In this document: positions 61,290 to 64,000 of the stretch, piece by piece
Position numbering within the stretch: the first letter of the stretch is position 1
Layout of the letters: every line of letters begins with the position of its first letter
Origin: Elioraea tepida
Lineage (GTDB): Bacteria > Pseudomonadota > Alphaproteobacteria > Acetobacterales > Acetobacteraceae
Direction: 5' to 3'
DNA: 64,000 nucleotides
Assembly: GCF_019203965.1 (NCBI RefSeq)
Contig: NZ_CP076448.1
Location: 3,277,282-3,341,281, forward strand
The notes under the pieces: generated by a model
The model's input: only the letters and a program-made list of their open reading frames with translations
What the model was told of the DNA's origin: nothing
Databases searched by the model: none
Translations under genes and position numbers: made by a program

Positions 61290-62509
61290 GTGATGGCCGG
61301 TATCGCGATGACACCCTGCGGCAACTTCCGGGAGAGCTACCGGGCCGATACGACGATCTTCCCGACGAGGCTTTCGCGCGCCTTTGCCGCGGGCTCCATC
61401 GCGGCGCTCTGCCTCGTCCCGCTGACCGGCGATCGCTACATCCTCAGCCTGATGATCCAGGCCGGCTATCTCGGCATCGCCGCGCTCGGCCTCAACATCC
61501 TCGTCGGGTTCACGGGGCAGATCTCGATCGGCCATGCCGCGTTCTTCGGGGTCGGCGCCTTCTCCTCGGCCTGGCTTGTCGAGCACGGCGTGCCGGTCGC
61601 GGTCGCGATCCTGCTCGCCGGGCTGATGACGACGGCGGTCGGCATGGTGTTCGGTCTGCCGGCAGCGCGGCTGAAGGGCCTCTATCTCGCGATCGCCACG
61701 CTTGCTGCGCAGTTCATCATCGAGGACTTCTTTGCCCGCGCGCGCTGGTTCACCGGCGGCGTCGCCGGCCGCGTCACCGAGCCCTTCTCGCTGTTCGGCG
61801 TCCGCTTCGACAGCAACGAGACCTACTTCTACGTCGTGCTGTTCTACGTCGTGGTGATGTTCCTGTCGGCGTCGAACCTGATGCGGACGCGCGACGGGCG
61901 GGCCCTCGTGGCGGTGCGCGACCACTACCTCTCCGCCGAGATGATGGGAATCAATCTCACCTACTACCGCACCCCTTCTTTCGGCCTCTCGTCGTTCTAC
62001 GCCGGGATCGGCGGGGCGCTCTATGCGCACTACCTCCTGTTCGTCTCGGTCGAGGCCTTCACCATCCTCTTCTCGATTCAGTTTCTTGCGATGATCATCA
62101 TCGGCGGGCTCGGCTCGGTGATAGGCTCGATGATGAGCGCGGTGTTCATGACGCTCCTGCCCGAGGTGGTGCAGTCTTTCGCCAATATGCTCGCCGGCAG
62201 CGTGATGACCGTGCGCTCGGCCTCGGCGCTGCGGTAAGTTACCTCCGCGAGATGACGATCGGGGCGGCGATCGTGCTGTTCCTGATCTTCGAGTCGGACG
62301 GGCTCGCGCATCGCTGGAGGCTGATCAAGGCGTATTGGAAGCTGTATCCTTTTTCCCATTCAGGGGAGGGGGAAGGCCGCGGCAGCGCGGAACAACAACG
62401 TCCAGGAGGAGAGAGATGCACGCGAGATCCATGCTTCTTTCGGCTGCGGCGGCGGTCATCGTCGCCGGGGCGGCCTCGGCGCAGCAGCGAATTCCGGTTG
62501 GGCACCTGA
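61290..62509 (+). pseudogene. livM: ABC permease LivM-like with a C-terminal frameshift (~62190-62240); true stop uncertain
   Basis: Body intact to ...LLPEVVQSFANML. The family-typical C-terminus (SYLREMTIGAAIVLFLIFESDGLAHRWRLIKAYWKLYPF) is in another frame that then runs without a stop into the next gene start region. Confidence 0.6.
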
Positions 62510-63705
62510 TGGACAATTCGGGTCCGACCTCGGATGTCGGCGTGCCGTTCGGCCAGGGGGTCGCCGATTCGCTCGCCTGGGTGAACCGGGTGCGAAACGG
62601 TGTGGCCGGCCGCCAGCTCGTCGTCTCCGGCTTCGACTAGGGCTACCAGGCGCCGCGCGCGATCGCGCAGTACCAGGCCTGGGTGCAGCGTGAGCGCGTT
62701 GTTGCCATCCAGGGCTGGGGAACGGTGGACACGGAGGCGCTGATCACCTTCGTCACGCGCGATCGGATCCCCTACATCTCCGGCTCCTACTCGGCAGCGT
62801 TGACCGACCCGACCGGCCGTGCCTCGCGCGCCGACAAGGCCGCACCGTTCAACTTCTTCTACGGTCCATCCTACTCGGATGCGCTGCGCGCGATGATCAT
62901 CTGGGCGGCGGAGGACTGGAAGGCGAGGGGCGGGCAGGGGCGGCCCAAATACGTCCACATGGGTGCCAACCATCCCTATCCGAACTCGCCGAAGGCGGCC
63001 GGCGAGGCGCTTGCGGCGGAGCTCGGCTTCGAGGTCTTGCCGGCGATCCAGTTCGCGCTGACGCCGGGCGACTACACGGCGCAGTGCCTGACGTTGCGCA
63101 ACGCCGGCGCCAACTATGCCTATCTCGGCAACACCGCGGGCTCCAACATCTCGGTGCTGCGCGCCTGCCAAACGGCCGGCGTTCAGGTCCAGTTCACCGG
63201 CAATGTGTGGGGCATGGACGAAAACGCCATGAAGGCGGCAGGCACGGCCGCCAACGGTGTTGTTTTCCCCCTCCGCACCGCTGTTGTCTGAGGTGGAGAG
63301 GCGCCCGGGATGGCAAATGTGCGTGCGATCAGCCAGGGCGGCGCGACGCCGCAAACCGAGTATCGCCCCGTGCACTATCTCGCCGGAATCTGCTCGGCGA
63401 TGATCATGGTCGAGGCGATGGAGAGCGCGGCGGCCCATGGCGGTGCCATCACCGGCGAGCGGATCCGAGACGGGTTCTATGTGCGGAAGGACTGGGTTCC
63501 GGCCGGGTTCGAGGGCGTGTGCAATCCGTCGACCTTCACGCCCGAGGATCATCGCGGCCAGATGCGTGTGTCGCTGTTCCGCGCCGTTGTTTCGGGCGAC
63601 ACGACCCAAGGCTCGGTCGCGGAGCTGATTCGCGCCGGTACGATGAAGCTCGAGCCGGTGACGACCATCACGCTCGAGCGCCGTCAGGACTGGCTCGGCT
63701 GGTGA
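62416..63705 (+). pseudogene. livK: Branched-chain amino acid-type ABC substrate-binding protein (LivK-like) with in-frame TAG at 62638-62640 and TGA at 63289-63291
   Basis: GGAGGAGAGAG RBS plus MHARSMLLSAAAAVIVAGAASAQQ signal peptide. ...VVSGFD[TAG]GYQAPRAIAQYQ... and ...GVVFPLRTAVV[TGA]GGEAPGMANVRAIS...; all three pieces are in the same frame. Confidence 0.65.
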
Positions 63706-63763
63706 GGGAAGGGCTCGGCAGGGCGGCAGGGAGACCTGCCGCCCAGCCGGCCGCAGGCGGCTG

Positions 63764-64000
63764 ATGGACACCGTCGCCGATCATGCCGCCCCGCGCGCGC
63801 CAAGGCTGGTCGATACGCTGCCGGCGCTGCTCGAGGTGAACAACATCGAGGTCGTCGACAACGACGTGATCCTCGTCCTGCGCGGCCTGTCGCTGAAGGT
63901 GCCGGAGGGGCACATTGTCGCCCTGCTCGGTGCGAACGGGGCAGGCAAGTCCACCACCCTCAAGGCGATCTCGGGCCTGCTCAAGACCGAAGAGGGCGAG
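63764..64000 (+). CDS. livF: ABC transporter ATP-binding protein (LivF-like), 5' fragment (continues beyond the window)
   Basis: [71 protein letters not shown] (Walker A). Confidence 0.7.
   Translation, partial: MDTVADHAAPRAPRLVDTLPALLEVNNIEVVDNDVILVLRGLSLKVPEGHIVALLGANGAGKSTTLKAISGLLKTEEGE

Noticed and set aside
18485-64000. Possibility that the in-frame TAG/TAA/TGA codons reflect an alternative genetic code, selenocysteine or pyrrolysine
   Set aside because: All intact core genes terminate normally at TGA/TAA/TAG and contain no internal stops. The stops occur at varied residues (Tyr, Gln, Trp, Gly/Arg) together with frameshifts in the same genes. There are no Sec/Pyl machinery genes or SECIS-like context, and the affected proteins are not selenoproteins.

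Overview
This is a high-GC (~70%) alphaproteobacterial chromosome segment, with almost all genes on the + strand. The first 11.5 kb is a conserved, intact housekeeping block: pyrH (3' end), frr, uppS, cdsA, dxr, rseP, bamA, ompH/skp, lpxD, fabZ, lpxA and lpxI. The expected lpxB does not follow lpxI; an accessory segment starts there instead.

Accessory content, in order:
- **11.6-17.7 kb:** an intact 2-aminoethylphosphonate (AEP) locus with a TIGR03364-like FAD oxidoreductase, phnX and an AEP ABC transporter, but no phnW.
- **18.5-23.5 kb:** an orphan type VI secretion (T6SS) spike and regulatory module (vgrG, hypothetical, PAAR, FHA, and a convergent PpkA-like Ser/Thr kinase) with no T6SS core genes in the window.
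- **23.7-33.4 kb:** a Liv-type ABC transporter set, a UPF0261 plus PEP-hydrolase-like pair, and a long YqiK-type flotillin.
- **33.4-40.3 kb:** a cox/xanthine-dehydrogenase-like cluster (two SRPBCC/CoxG-like genes, coxM, coxS, coxL, coxD, coxE).
- **40.3-43.6 kb:** an amidohydrolase, an MBL-fold hydrolase, and a gluconolactonase fused in frame to an isochorismatase.
- **43.7-55.8 kb:** a polysaccharide locus (ExoY-like priming transferase, Wzx, two GT4, two GT2, DUF218, a GT-C ArnT/PMT-like enzyme, and two paralogous large membrane proteins).
- **56.0-64.0 kb:** a second Liv-type transporter set containing an acyl-CoA ligase, plus an MFS gene.

The main observation is about 26 gene-inactivating lesions (in-frame TAG/TAA/TGA codons and single-base frameshifts, several inside homopolymer runs). 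All of them lie in 18.5-64 kb; the 0-17.7 kb block has none. This points to either real pseudogenisation of the accessory region or localised assembly error. Many long antisense 'shadow' ORFs are present as expected at this GC content and are not called.
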